Shown here piece by piece: positions 25,927 through 41,030 of a DNA stretch of 64,000 nt. The DNA comes from the human T2T-CHM13v2.0 reference genome, Homo sapiens. Every line of letters starts with the position of its first letter. Position 1 is the first letter of the stretch. Both the position numbers and the translations under genes were made by a program. Under the pieces are notes generated by a model. That model made no database searches. It had not been told where the DNA came from and was given only the letters and a program-made list of their open reading frames with translations. The stretch is taken from NCBI RefSeq assembly GCF_009914755.1, contig NC_060947.1; one strand, 5' to 3'.

Positions 25927-26769
25927 CCGTAGACTGAAACTAAGTACCAAAAAAGGTAATAAAACATTTTACAAATATATTTGTGTTCAAATATAAATTA
26001 CACTGTATTCATAATATTTGAAAAGTCAACAAAAAGGAATGTTTATGTAAATTATGTTACACTTTTAATATGAAATAACATGATATCTTTAAAAAATATT
26101 AATAGTAAGAGTTTGCAATGACATAGGGAAATCATGTAATATAATGTCACGTTGAAAAAGAAAACACATGAAATTGCTTATAAAGCAGTATCACAATCAT
26201 ATTTATAGATATTTAAAACCAAAGAAAATAATACAGGGAAAATTACCAAAATGATAAATGTGAATGGTGGGATTGTTATTTTCTACATCAGTATTGGAAT
26301 CACATTCCCAGTCTTGGCATAGGTAACAAGACCCCTCCCCCAATCCCACCAGCTTAAGAAGACTGTGATTCCAGAGGGAACTCAACAGGTCAAAGACAAA
26401 AGTTGAAATGTTTGGAAAAGCTCCACAAGGTTTCCTATATTAGGGAGAAAGATTTGCACCAGAGATGGTTAGATTCCAGAAGAACTGCCAGAAAACAAAG
26501 CAAGAAAACAGTATTTTGGGGTGAAGAAGAGGGTGATCATGATGGCAACTGAATGGTAATAGGGGCACTAGTAAAAATAACTTAGGAGTAGGGCAGCAGG
26601 GGCTGTTCTCATACATGGTTGTTCAAAAACCCCACGTTGGGAAGAACATGAAGAGTGGATTTGACATTTATTCATTTATTTTGGAGAGGAATTGATATTT
26701 AAATAAAAAGTAAGAAAAACTCTCAAATTCTCTCAACAAAATAATGGAACAAGTTTTTTTTTACAATTA

Positions 26770-26980
26770 TTAACACTAATTGAGCATTTCTATATGTCAG
26801 GCACTATGATGAACTATTTTATGCGTTATGTCATTTAATTCTCATAACAATTCCATGAGGTAGGGTCTAATGTTACCCTCATTTTCCTAAAGGGAAGTCA
26901 GAGTCTCAGAGATGACATGAGATTTAAGGTCATTTAGTCAATAGCAGGGCTCAGCTGACTCAGTTAACCATTATAGTACT
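26770..26980 (-). mobile_element. MIR SINE
   Basis: attgagcatttctatatgtcaggcact...tcatttaattctcataacaattccatgaggtagg. Confidence 0.8.
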
Positions 26981-29900
26981 CTGTAAAGGCTTTCACATTT
27001 AGGCCCGAAGGTTTGTGACAAATAGCATAATAGTTTAGTACACATCAAAATGTTTGCTGGTAAGAAAGGAGTTTCTTTAAATTTCTTTTTGAAATAAACC
27101 AAAAATGAGAATATTTATCTTTTTAAAAATCATTTTGTTTATAGATTTGTTGGACATTCCTGCTTTCAGCAGCACCTACCACTATAGGTCTCATTGATTA
27201 TACATATGTATTAACCAAGGATGGAATCTAGTTCACTTTACAAGCTCTGCAGTTGCTCGCACTGAGAACTAAGGAATTATTTGGCTTTCTCCCATGATTG
27301 TTATCTCCCAGTTTGAGGAAACTACAATCAGTCAATTGGTAAAATATTAAAAAGAAACTTTCTACACTCAATACTGTCTAAAAATCATTTTATTCCTTCT
27401 ATGTCCCTCAATTTTTCACAAAGTATTTTACTGTAAACAAATTTGGGGGCCACTCTGTGATTATTCCCACTTGGAAAAATATACTGTTTTCTCTTCATTG
27501 AAACTAGAACAGAAGGTCTAAAAGAAAGAAAATTATTAAGCATTCTACTGAGTTTCCCCCCCTCCACCCCAACAAAAACTAAGATAGAGGTCAATGAATA
27601 AGTATGTGCAGACTGGAACTTGAATCCTCTAGGGTGACTGTAGGCTAATTAATAATTAATGCCAGAGCCACGGTGTTTGAAATGCAGATGTGATAACTAG
27701 AGGCCTGGCAGAGCTGTTCAGAGGAAGCAGATTTAGATGCTATAGGGAATAGGCACTCCCTTGCCGGCTGGCTCAGAGAGCCAGCCTGGGTGCAAAGCAG
27801 GGCCTATGGTTTAGATTATATTCCCCTCAGCTGTTAATTACCTGAACCTACTTTGAAGTTCTTCTCTTTTTATCCTTGCATGAAAAGAGATTGGTTCAGC
27901 CAAGGGACTTGAAGAGATGATCAAATACATGGGGTGGAGGGAAGAGGGGTGGGAATAGAACTTCAGATATAAGAAGATAACGAAGAAAAACACATAGTAG
28001 AACATGCAAGAACATACATTATTAGGAAATATCGAATTGTGGCTCATTGTCTCAAGCACATTATTTCTCTCAGTTTTTCTAGTTAAGTTGATTTTAAGTA
28101 AATTGTAAACTTTCTCTGAATAGTTATAACAACAAATTTCCATCATTGTTACTATATAGAGATTTGATAAGAGACTACCACAGGTGCTTTGTAATGCTAT
28201 TTTTAACTTAATAAAGTCATTTAACACTCTTTATATTTAAAGCCAAGCAGTGATAAGGATAAAAATTAATAGACTCAGCCTCAAAATGCTTCTATGTACC
28301 TTGTTTGTGTTCAAATAATTCATTCTCAGAACACAAATAGTAAGTGCTATTATTCAATGGGAGAAGCTACAGGATATTAGAAAACTGTGGAAATAAAATG
28401 CAGTGGAAAAAATATGAAAATATATTGTGGGGGGTAGCTGCATTAAAAAGCACCCTAATTTTTTTTCAGAATGTTTGTGTGTGTATGCACAAAATTTAAA
28501 GAAGCATGTCTGTTAACTACCTTGCAAATGGATTACAGCATACCTGGATTAAATGTAAATGCTGACATTTTTTGTCTCTTTGTGCTTTATTTTTTTTAAA
28601 TGTTATTTTTAGCTATTTTAGGTAGGGATTATCCCTGAGACACATGCTACTCACACATGAACACTGTTCGCTCTTTTAGTGGGAGAGCATGCACTCATGA
28701 AATAGCTAACTTTCAATTGTATCTCTGTATCTTTTTGATAGGATAATAGTACTAATATTGCCATCAAGGAAAAATGTGTACCTATATTGAAATTGACACC
28801 TATAAGTGCAATATCATCTGACTAAGGTGACATCAAACGCATACAAGCAAATGAGTGACACAACACATAGACCTCCCGTGTTCAGCGTAGACACAACACA
28901 TAGACCTCCATGCAGTGATTTTGTTGGGGGGGGGTCCTAATTTATTTACAGTTCATTTCTGTTTAAAAGAATACTTTTATGAGCAGAATTGTTACATTTT
29001 TTCAGAATAAAAAGCTAGAAACTTGCTCATTTGAATCTATTATTCAAAATGACAAATTCCAAAAAAATAAAAAATAAATAAAATAAAATGTAGGACTGTA
29101 TTATTGCACAATTTAAATTTCCTTAGGCAGAACAACAACAATATGACTAAAAGTCTTCTATCAAAGGCAAAACACATTGGGAATTTGTACAATTTATGTG
29201 TAACACAGCTCTTCCAGTTGTGGTTTTCATTTTAAGAATATATACACATTAACAATAAGATTGTGCAAAACTAAAACAAAAAAAAATCTCCAAGCAATTT
29301 CATCTGTAACTTGTACTGACATAAAGCAGGAGGGCAAAATCACAGAAAACAGAGTCTACTTCCATGCTGATTTTATCATCAATCAGGTATCTCTGCAGTA
29401 TTATATTGTCGGAGTCCAGAGTGCTAATGAAAATGTGGCATTTTCTCAAAGCTTTACATATAAACTTTGTATGTCGAGTCCCCTCTAATAAGAAAATGAG
29501 GGAGAGAGAAGTGTTTGAAAACTGTGAGCAGTAAGCCAGAGGTAAAATATGAAAAATCACCGGCTTATATCAGCACCTAAGATGTTCATGGCCATAGCCC
29601 TTTCTTCAATGGGCATTCATAGTTGTTCACGTGTTTTGGGTAACTATTTTAACACACAAACATAGAACAAAACACACTTATTACAATGCAACAGCAGTTA
29701 TCTTTCAAAGTTGAGGTCTGAACTTTTGAATTACACTTCCTCAATACCAAATTAAGCTACATTGGAGAATGATTACATTCCGATTTCATTTATATGTGCT
29801 TTTATTTTTGTTTTTGTTATATTAAACAATATGCTAACAAATAAATGTATTCATGTATATTTTTCCACTTCTATATTTTTCACATTCTATTCCTTTGGCC

Positions 29901-32679
29901 AATTCAATTTAAGCAAAAAGATATCTGAAATTATGACATCTAGCTAACTTTCAGTGCAAAAAAGTGCCAGCTTAGAGACATATGAAGAGCAGAGATATAA
30001 ATTATAAAACAGCACAATGGTGTCACCAAGAATATTAGGTTAAACTTTCTACTTTATTTCAACTTGGCTGTTTTACATCCCCCATTTTTCTCATTTCCAC
30101 ATGACTGTCTCTTCTACTAACAGTTGTATATTTTGCAAGGACTTATTCAATTTCTTAAAGTACATTTTAAAAGTTTTAATATAATCTAGTGGCACAGGCT
30201 TGTATTAATCTCAAGGGATTAATATATTTTTTAAGTAATGAAAAAAAAATCTGCATATCAAACAATATTTAAGCCATGGAATCTGAAGGCCATAATTTAT
30301 ATATTTTTCTTATGAATTTGGAACAACTAAAGCATTCTTCTCTATGTCACATATATTTTAAATATTTTTCTCCTATTGCTATATGTTTGCCACAGTTCAG
30401 TTTCGATTATGTGTTTATATTATGAAAATGCTTGTGACTACAGGCTCCTACATATCTGTACAATATTTTGCTTCTGTCTACTGCAATCTAAAATGTGGCT
30501 ATATTTTCTAGTTTGTTTTGTGTCCTTTTCACCTGCGGCTACAGAGAAACTGAAATGAAGTTCTCAGCTCTTTATTAGTAAAAGCATCAGAAAAGTAAAT
30601 AGATCATAACATAAATGTTTTTCTGCCTCCAGTATGAGTGATGTATGTTGCATGAGCTATGCACCGCAAAGCGGAGGAAGAGTTCTTTACCCTGCAAAAG
30701 GAAAAGTAAAGCATTGAAAAAGGATTTTAATGAAATTATAACATTAGAATACTTTATATTAAATCTCACTAATTTTCTAGGTGAAGGCGGTGAAGTGAAT
30801 GTGAGGAAACATTAAAAGGGAATTGAATTTGCATTCCTTATGCTACAGGCACATGTTTACATGACCTTTAAAACAGAATTAAAGCTGTATCATCAGCAGC
30901 TGTAGGCAATTCACATTACTAAGGCAATCAAATCAGAATGCTAAACTAACTATAAAACATAAATTAAACTGATAGAGAATCATCTTAATTCACTAGGTTT
31001 ACTTGCAATCTACTTATACTCTACTAGTCATTTCAAAGCAGTTTGTGGATCCACCAAATGAGAAATACTGCAACATATCTAAAAATAGAGTGTCCAACTA
31101 TACAAATGTAAGCTAAAACACTTTAACATATCTTTTTAACATACTTCCATGAATCATCTGAGTTAGCTTACTTCATGAACATTATTTACCTTCAACAATC
31201 ACCTACAAAAGTAAGCATTATTCCATAAAGACATAATACTCTTGATATGCTATACATAGCAGATATAATTTTTATTTCAAATGAGCACTTGGAAGAGTTA
31301 ATAATGAATGTGTAAAGGCTAGTAAAAATTAACTGAACATATTTTTATTCCAAACTTCATTGTATTATTCCTCAATATCCTTCATACCTTAACAATAAAT
31401 ATATTCTGGTTTCCTTTCATAGCATGGTACAGATAGTCCTCCTTTTAAAATGTGGTAGGATGGAATATTAAATAGAATTTAAAATTCAATTGTGTGGGAT
31501 GAGACTTATTCTAATGACATAAAATGAGAAGTGTAAATATATTTATAACGCAAGTTATCATCTCACAAAAACTGTTTTAAGAAAGCTTGACTTTTTTTCC
31601 ATTTGTAGTAAATTTTAGGAAAACAAACATATTCTATGTTTCCCAAAGTGTTTCTGTTTGCATGTTGTAACTTAATTTCCTCCTCTGTAAAAAAAATTTC
31701 TAAGACCCCTTGATGCTACTGAAAACATACAGAATATGTTTGAAAATGCAATTCTTCTACTCCAAGGGATGAATAAAAGTAGGGGGGACTCAAATGCATC
31801 TTTCCATCACTAATGTGGGTGTCTGTATAGGACAATCTCGGTTCTTTACAAAACTGTCAACTAGCTGTTAAAAGAAAACCAATCCTCCACAACTCTAAGA
31901 TTCTGCTTAGCTGAGCTGAGATCCACACTCAAGAGTTGAGATCATTATTGAATGCAATTTATATTCAAATAGGTTTGTTCTCCAATATGCAAAGGTCCAA
32001 CCCTGTAAATTCACACCCACTGCCCCTCACCACATGCGCAAACATGTGAGTTATCCATTTGTTTAAGAGAGGTGGTAACATACCTAATGTTTACATCAAG
32101 CACCTGGAAAAAAAATATTGTATTTAAAGGTTAAGATGAGAGCAGATGTGATTGAACTATTGTTTATTGGCAAACAAGAATTCCAATCTCTCCCCAAAAG
32201 TAGAAATACTAAGAAGAAGATAGGTGAGGAAAAGCAAAAGCCTCATTCTCACTATTATTTGAATAAGTTAAAAGAAATATTTAGGATGTACCAAAGACAT
32301 CTGAGTATTGATATTTAGATTGCCCTAAATGTCTTTCCTTAGAAGCCTAAGGTTTTCTTGCCCCTTCAATTGTTGAAAACATGAAACTTCTTATTTTTGA
32401 AGAGGAATAGGCAGATTTAAATTCCTCCCTTAATGTTATCTAAGTTAACACCTTATTGCCGGAACAAAATATTTTAGGGCAACTGTCACTTTAACACACC
32501 AGGGGAATAATAGGGGTGCTAGTCCTGAGCATATCCCCCGAGGGGGGGTGTCACTGCTGCAGAGCTGTGGTGACACACATCATTTGTTGGGGAAGGAGAT
32601 GGGCCTTGTCTCCTGAGAAAGCACTACCTTGAGCCCTTTACATAGGTGCAGGTTTAGAGAGCAGGACAACTGGCTTGGT

Positions 32680-33700
32680 AGTGTTCAAGGGGCAAAAAGA
32701 ACCTTCGACCTAGGAGGGGCTCGCCTGGCGGAGCAGCAGAGGCTGCCCAGGGACTAGGATATTCCTTTGGCCAGGCCGAAAAGGCCCAGGGCTCTCCAAA
32801 AGAACAGCAGGTGGCGACTATTGTCGGGGTGGGGGGCCGGGAGCTCTAGGCTAATACAGACACTTTGGTGTCTTGCTTCTAGATCCTTGCCCCCTCCCTC
32901 CGCCTCCAACAGAGGGAAAGTGACCTTGCCACCAATCCTTCAGATCGTGCTTCAAATAGAAGAGAGGCTGGGGAGGTTTAGGGGGCAATGAAGTCCTGAA
33001 GGCTGTCAAAATAAGCCCCTCTAGCCAGCTGCCCTGTGTCGCAATAGAATCCATTTGGCCTAAAGAATTGCCACCCGCGGAGTTATCTTAAAACAATATA
33101 TCTCAGTAGAATGCTCCTGATCCCCACCACAACACCTCTATTCAGTGTATGTCCAGGAGGCTAAGGTCAGGTCCACCGTTCCGAAACATCTGGACATTTT
33201 AGCCAAGCTCTCCAGAAGGCGAGGGATCCTGTTGCTGCCCAAATCGCGCCCCCTCCTGCCGATGCCTTGTCTGATGTTTTGGGGAAGCTCCTTGATTCTT
33301 TATGGCTTTGCATCTCGGCAGAATGGAGCTAGCTGACTTGGGTTAGCGGCAACACCAGAACGGGAGCGAGCTGGCTGGGGGAGTCACAACCACCTGAGCC
33401 GGGAGCAGAATCACCAAGGGCAAAGCACTGGTCAGGGGCTAGGTTCTGCTGTCTACCTGAGCTCTTGTACTTGGAAAAGAGATTCCAAAAAGTTATTGGA
33501 TATTAAATGTGTGTGTGCACGCACAACACCCACGATGGCCTGACTGATGTATTCACAGGCAGCTGGAAACCGGAATACCCGACCGAAGGGAACTCTTCTC
33601 GGGGCAGGGGAGCTAAATCGATTCCTCAAATCCATAGTGAGGCAAAGTGCAAGAGATGTCGGTCCAAAGAAAAGTTACAGAAAAGGGAAATTTTAAGACC
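32680..33700. promoter_or_regulatory. GC/CpG-enriched upstream element with a CTCF-like motif
   Basis: Local CpG enrichment 6-7 kb upstream of the ATG; ACAGCAGGTGGCGAC at 32804-32818. Confidence 0.5.
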
Positions 33701-33826
33701 ACTCAGGAAACTCACACCCCTCCCCCAGAAGAACTAACACAACAGCAATCACAACAGAGGAAGCATTAATATTCTTGTTAAAAATGCGTTCCCCAAATGT
33801 CCTTGCAAATTGGACTTTTCCCCAAA

Positions 33827-33884
<58 letters not shown>
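33827..33884. repeat. Compound (CT)n(GT)n microsatellite
   Basis: Directly visible. Confidence 0.97.
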
Positions 33885-33887
<3 letters not shown>

Positions 33888-36800
33888 CATTTTGTTGGGT
33901 GGGGGGCCACAATCCCCCCATACATACACACACATACACACACACTACACATTATTTTCATAATCATCAGCAGCCCCTTCTCTACTCTTTCCTCCTGGAA
34001 AATAATGATAATAGTAATTGAAATTTCTGAAAAATGACAGCAGGTTAAATCTGGTCGGTTGCTCATTTTCAAAGTGATAAACTTACATTCTTGTTCTTTG
34101 TGGAGCCCTGAAATGGTAATGTGAGCTCCAGACACTGAGCAGATTACTTACTAAAAGTCATTTCCAGAAGGATCCCATAATCAATCTATAATCAAGCTTC
34201 CTGTTGTCCCATAACCACAAAGGGACGTGGAACGCACGCCGTTTCAGACAAATAAATACCATTTACTAAGGGGCGGGGAGACAGGGTGGCAGGGAACACA
34301 GGACCTCAGTTAGGAATGAAGCCTAAGCATTCTTACAATTTTGCACATTAAAACCTTAATCCATCCATGAAGAAGGAAGTGATTTGCAATTTGGGGAGGC
34401 TCTATTAACTACTATAGTGACTTAAGAAAAGCTTCTAATGTTCAGCCAGAAGACTTATTGATGACTGGAATACCGATGCGCGCAGGGTTTAAAGTAAGAG
34501 ATTTCTACCCGCCCTCTGATCAATCGCGCAGCTATGACTATTTTTTTTTTCGTTTTTAAATACCTCTACCACTTCTTACTTTCAAAAAAATAATTAAAAT
34601 GAAAATCAAAAGTACCATTGCATTTTAAATTTGGAAGCATTCTGCGGCTTATTTTTTTTTTGATAAAAGTGTAATTCCACGTGTGTTATATATTTTGTAA
34701 AACCATCCGCTGGGTTCCTCGACTCTAGGCTTGGTCTGCAGTGCAAAACTGCACAATGATTCCTAAACACCCCAAATCCTGGTGCCAGGAAAATGATAGC
34801 TATGCTGAGTATGACACAATAGCTCTGTCTCTGTAAAGCTCTTTTCTCTGGGATACTGTAAAATTAGGGTTCACCCACCGACATTGCAACGGCAAAAATG
34901 TGATCCCTAAAGAGAAACTGAGACTGGACGGACACGACCTGGCCAACGCAGTTATAGGAGCAAGCATCCTTTCCCTTGGTAGTGAGGGTCTCTATTGTCC
35001 CAGCCTGTCCTCTAACCATCCTGTCAGAGGCCCCTGCCACACAATGCCTCAGCACTTCTCCCGAGCATTCAATTTTGCTAGCAAATGACTAGTGGTTCTC
35101 ACAGATTGGGGTATTTGTATTAGATTTTACATGAGGAGTATTTTAAGTTTCCCTGTTTCTGCTGCAGCATTCACTGTGTGTACTCACCCCCTCCCCTCTT
35201 CCTCTTTCCTTTTTCTCTGAAGATTCTTTTTCTTACGTTCAGGAAAGCCAATAGAGACCTGAAAAAAAAAATGAACTAATTGAGCTTGAGCTCAATTGGT
35301 TCATGCCTATGAACTATTTTGCCATGTCCTACCATCAGTATTGGCAATGTCTCCTAATGTCATCTAAATTCTTTTTTAAAAATTTTCCCCAGAATATTAG
35401 GAGCCCCTTACCTCCCCCCCATCCCATACAGCTTTTGAAAAAGAAAAAAGGAGAAGAAGAAAGAAGGCGACTATAAGAGGAGCTGCAGTGGGCTAGTGCT
35501 CTGAAGGACAGCTGAGTCTCACACCGAGAACAGTCTTATGAGATCAATATGCAGAAACCAGGAAAACAGCTTTTTTTCCCTGCTGCTTTGAGAAGTCTGT
35601 TCAATTGTTTCCTTCCCTTATGAGCTCCCGGTGTTAAAAAGAAAATGTACATTTGTCCCTACCAAGCTCAATCTAACTTGTTCTGTTTCCAAAGTGAACT
35701 TGGGTTGAAGGTGAAGTTTTCATCTTGAGATAATGCCTATGTTCCATGTCCTGCCATTTGGAGCTTCATGCTATATTGCACACAATCAAATCTGGCCTTT
35801 TGAACTTATTTCCTGAACCCCCTCCACCCCCCACCGCTACTCCCTGTCCTGACCCCCTGCCAGCTTCAGCCCCAAACCACCTTCCTCTCCCCACCCTCAA
35901 TTTGTACACATAATGAGAATGCTTCATAATCTACACTCACATATGAAATCTGCAAGAGACACAATCCCCATGGCTGGGGTACTTTCCAAAGGAGCCAGGA
36001 CGCAGGCTACCCAGCTGCGGCCGTGCTCAGATGTTTCCACAGGAACACAACCTGAACCACATTAATCTGCTTAATTTCTTTTGTGAATCTTTCCTTGCTT
36101 AGAAAGAAAGGGGAGTGGGTATCTGTGAAGACGTTCAGGAGCTGGTATCCCTAAATCTTGTGAGGAAGAAAATCCACTGCAAACTCTGAAGTTACAAATA
36201 AATGAACATATATAAATAAAGCCAATCTGACTTTCTTTTAAAAATGATCTGAATTGCCCTCTTAGAAACAAAGCAAGGGGAAAGGGTAAGGTGGGGTGTG
36301 TAATTGGAGTGTGAGGGCAACTTAACAAGGAATAAAAATTGTGCCAGGTTCTTGCCTGGCACAGGAATTGAAACCTGTGCTGCTTTGCTGAAGATAGGTG
36401 GGGATTCGCTACAATTACAGTTTGTCTACTTCAAAGCTGGGCTCCTCTCTAGGGCGACTTTTAACTGCCCCTACCCGGTAGGTTCCACAGCTATTGTTAT
36501 ATTATTCAAACCAAAGCTCTAGAGGGGGTGGGGAGAAGCAGATCTGAGGACCGGGTTTGGGCTTCAAGATCAGGATGTGGAGCACATCAAGTGTGTATGT
36601 AGCCCAGCTGCATGAGAGAGCAAGCTTGCCAGTGGTAACTTCGAGTTTAAGGCAAAATGCAGTCTATGAAAAATTAGTTACCAGCTCTTTGCAACAGTAG
36701 CTTCGTATCAACTTATTTTTCTCCCATGTCCAGACGGGTCGTCTATTGAATGTGGCTCTTTTATTTTGCATGGGGCAGGGGATTTGTGACCATGGTCCCC

Positions 36801-37115
36801 CCTTTTATTCCTCTCTCTATGGAAACCCAGATCATGGGGAGAAATATGTGAAGCTGAATAAAGAGAAGCTGCAGAAAGGAGCGCTTGAGAGCGGCATCTG
36901 TTACACTTGGGAAGTTAAACTGACAGGAGAGGGCGAAGGAAACCTCTCCAGCAGATTAGTTAGAACAGCAAGAAGATTTGACTATATGCAGATATTTTAT
37001 TCAAAAAACAAAACACCTTACATGCAAGAGAAGATTCTATCACAGTTACTAGAGGATGTGATTGGACCTGAATTCAATAGGCAGTATCTATATTCATGGA
37101 AACATTTTTTTTAAA

Positions 37116-37215
37116 TAAAAGAAAGAAGGAAAGAGAAAGAAAGAAAGGAAGAAAGAAAGATGGAAAGAAAGAAAAAAAGAAAGAAAGAAAAAGAGGAGAG
37201 AGAAAAGAAAAATAA
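37116..37215. repeat. GA-rich (GAAA)n low-complexity tract
   Basis: Directly visible. Confidence 0.95.
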
Positions 37216-39579
37216 AGGCGATAACGACAGTTTGTGCTCCTGACGAAAGCTATTATTTCCATTAAAAAGAGAGTTTTTACATTAAAAAACTGCAAAGTAA
37301 GGGTGTAAAAAACCTGTCCCTGGGATCAGATCTCCCTCCTTACCTCTCCCCCTCCAAGCCTCTGGCAAATGGTCTGAACCACTTGATGCGGCTGGCAAAA
37401 TAGGGTACCAGGAGCAGAGGCCATGGGCAAGAGGAAGGTTGATTGTAAGAACTCAGGCAAGTCAAGATTGAAAAAAGATCCCCTTCTTGATGCAAAAGTC
37501 TTATCATTTCATAATTACCTTAACCCCCTGAATGGCTTAAGATTAGCAACTCTCGCCCAAAGGCAGCTGCAAGGTGGGGGTGGGGAACCTACAACAACAA
37601 AAACAGCATGGCAATGATCATGATCGTTTTACACGTAAGGTTTCTTCAACGCGTTTCCCTCTGACCTCTAAATTGAGCCGACACAGACTCACAAATGGAT
37701 CTTCCAAAGGCCAGCTTAACAGAGCACCTAAAAACTTTACTTTTGTTTGATTTTGACAAGTTCTTGTTTCTTCCAGAAGCGGAATTTCAGGCACAAATGA
37801 GATTGCATTCTTGCAAAGGAAGATGCAAACAGTTAGCAGTAAAGAATGAGTTCCTTAGCAGAAAAGGTGGGGAGTTGGGGGGGGCGGGAGAGAGAGAAAG
37901 AGAGAGAGAGAAAGGAAAACTCAATTTCTAAAAGCAGATAAGCCTCTACAATAAGACGTGGGCAAATGAAGCTACAGTTTCAATGAGAGAGCAGGAAGAG
38001 GGGGTGAGATGGCAAATGATCCTCTCTGCCAATAATTACTAAGTGTTTACCTTAAAAAAAAAGAGTGAAAAAAAGAAATAGATCTGAATCAGATGCCAGG
38101 TTTTCATGCCTAATAAACACGTTTACACTTACCAATATCAGCTCCTATTGCTCTGTGCTCTCATAAGAAATTACTCATTTCACAGGAAATAGATGCTCTT
38201 TAGCTATATAAAGGAATGGCAGAATAAGCTCACCTTGTTTTTATTTTTTTCTCATTTTCTTGCACATTCTTCAGATCTGTCTTCTTAGAGAAACTAATGC
38301 CTTAATGACTTTCTGGTAGCAGCAAGCCTTCTTTTATTTCTGCTAAATATATGAAAATGTATGCAAATTTAAATCAAGCTTAACCTAGGCGCTCTTGCAA
38401 TATATTTAATGGAATTTCAAACCAATAAGGGAACTCTGATGCCGTCTTCTGTAAGTGCAAATATAATTAGGCAGCTAGGTTACCTCCAAAATTATTCAAC
38501 GAAAGGTCATTTTTTTAACTTCAAAGACCATGTTGGGTATCTGGTGTTGCCTTTTCTCAGCTAGAACAAATCAAATCTTTGCCTTTCTCCCCACTCTGCT
38601 TCCAAGCACTGCCTTTGCGCCGGGCTGTGGAGCACACGGACTTGTCCTTTCCTAACTTATAAAAGCTTAGAAGGAGCACAAGTGTTTCACCTCTTTTATT
38701 CTATCCAAAATGTAAAAGCAGTCCTATCTTTTCAAGCTGAAAGCAAATTCAAGCTTGATGGGGACTGGGGAAGTGGGGGCGGTACTTGATGCCAAACATC
38801 CCGCCATTTCTCTCTCTCTGAATTTCCTGGGCACATTAAATGCAGGGCGGGTGAGGAGGGTGGGGGAGCGGTGAAGGTTAAAAACAATTTTCCTAGGGGA
38901 TGGCATCGGGGCGCGGGGTCACGAACGTTTTCCTGTATACCTATTCGTAGTGGGTCTGCAGAGTGTTTTGGGTGAGTGTGAGGGCTGCCCGCTTCAGCAA
39001 GCAGAACCTTTGACAGAAGTTGTGGGATCTGTGATGGGAACTGATATGGAGCAGTGAGAAAGCAAGGTTTCCAATTGACCAGCTAGATTGGGAAGCAAAC
39101 TTCGAAATAACTGAATATTGTCAGTATCACATTAGATTTTACTTTCCCAGAATAATTCAGTTCTTCGTGACCTAAAAAATTTTTCAGAAAAATTGAAAGA
39201 ACAGGATATCTCTTAGAAGCTTTCAGACCTTGATATCGAGGTTCTTAATACAATGAAATAAACTGAAATGTTCTTATTGGAATCATTGGTTTCAACTTTA
39301 TTGGTTTAGGGTCCAATCGAAGACGTTACTTTGCTCAAAGTTTGTAGCGACGTTTTGTTTTGCAGTCCTAGGCACACAACTAGCCCGCCCAGACAGCCGA
39401 GTGAGTCTGAAAAATCCCTATTCACTGAGATCAAAATGACATTTAAACTTGCTTTACTTTTTCTTTATTTAGATTAATCTAAATAATCAAAAAGGAGTTC
39501 TACAACCTTAATTTTCCACCTCACTCCCTGACTGCCCCCCAACAACACATCCCTCACATCTTTTCCCCATCAACATAAA

Positions 39580-40985
<1,406 letters not shown>

Positions 40986-41030
40986 CTGGAGGAAGCGAGG
41001 AGGCGGCCGGCCGCACTGGGAGCAGCGCGG

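Noticed and set aside
28857-28909. CRISPR-like repeat-spacer-repeat
   Set aside because: Only two copies, a 13-bp spacer, eukaryotic DNA and no cas genes.
33693-34135. Overlapping ORFs with CV/HT/ER repeats
   Set aside because: Translations of the (CT)n(GT)n microsatellite.
36746-37114. 122-aa ORF upstream of POU3F4
   Set aside because: Non-ATG start (TTG), no recognisable domain, length compatible with chance.
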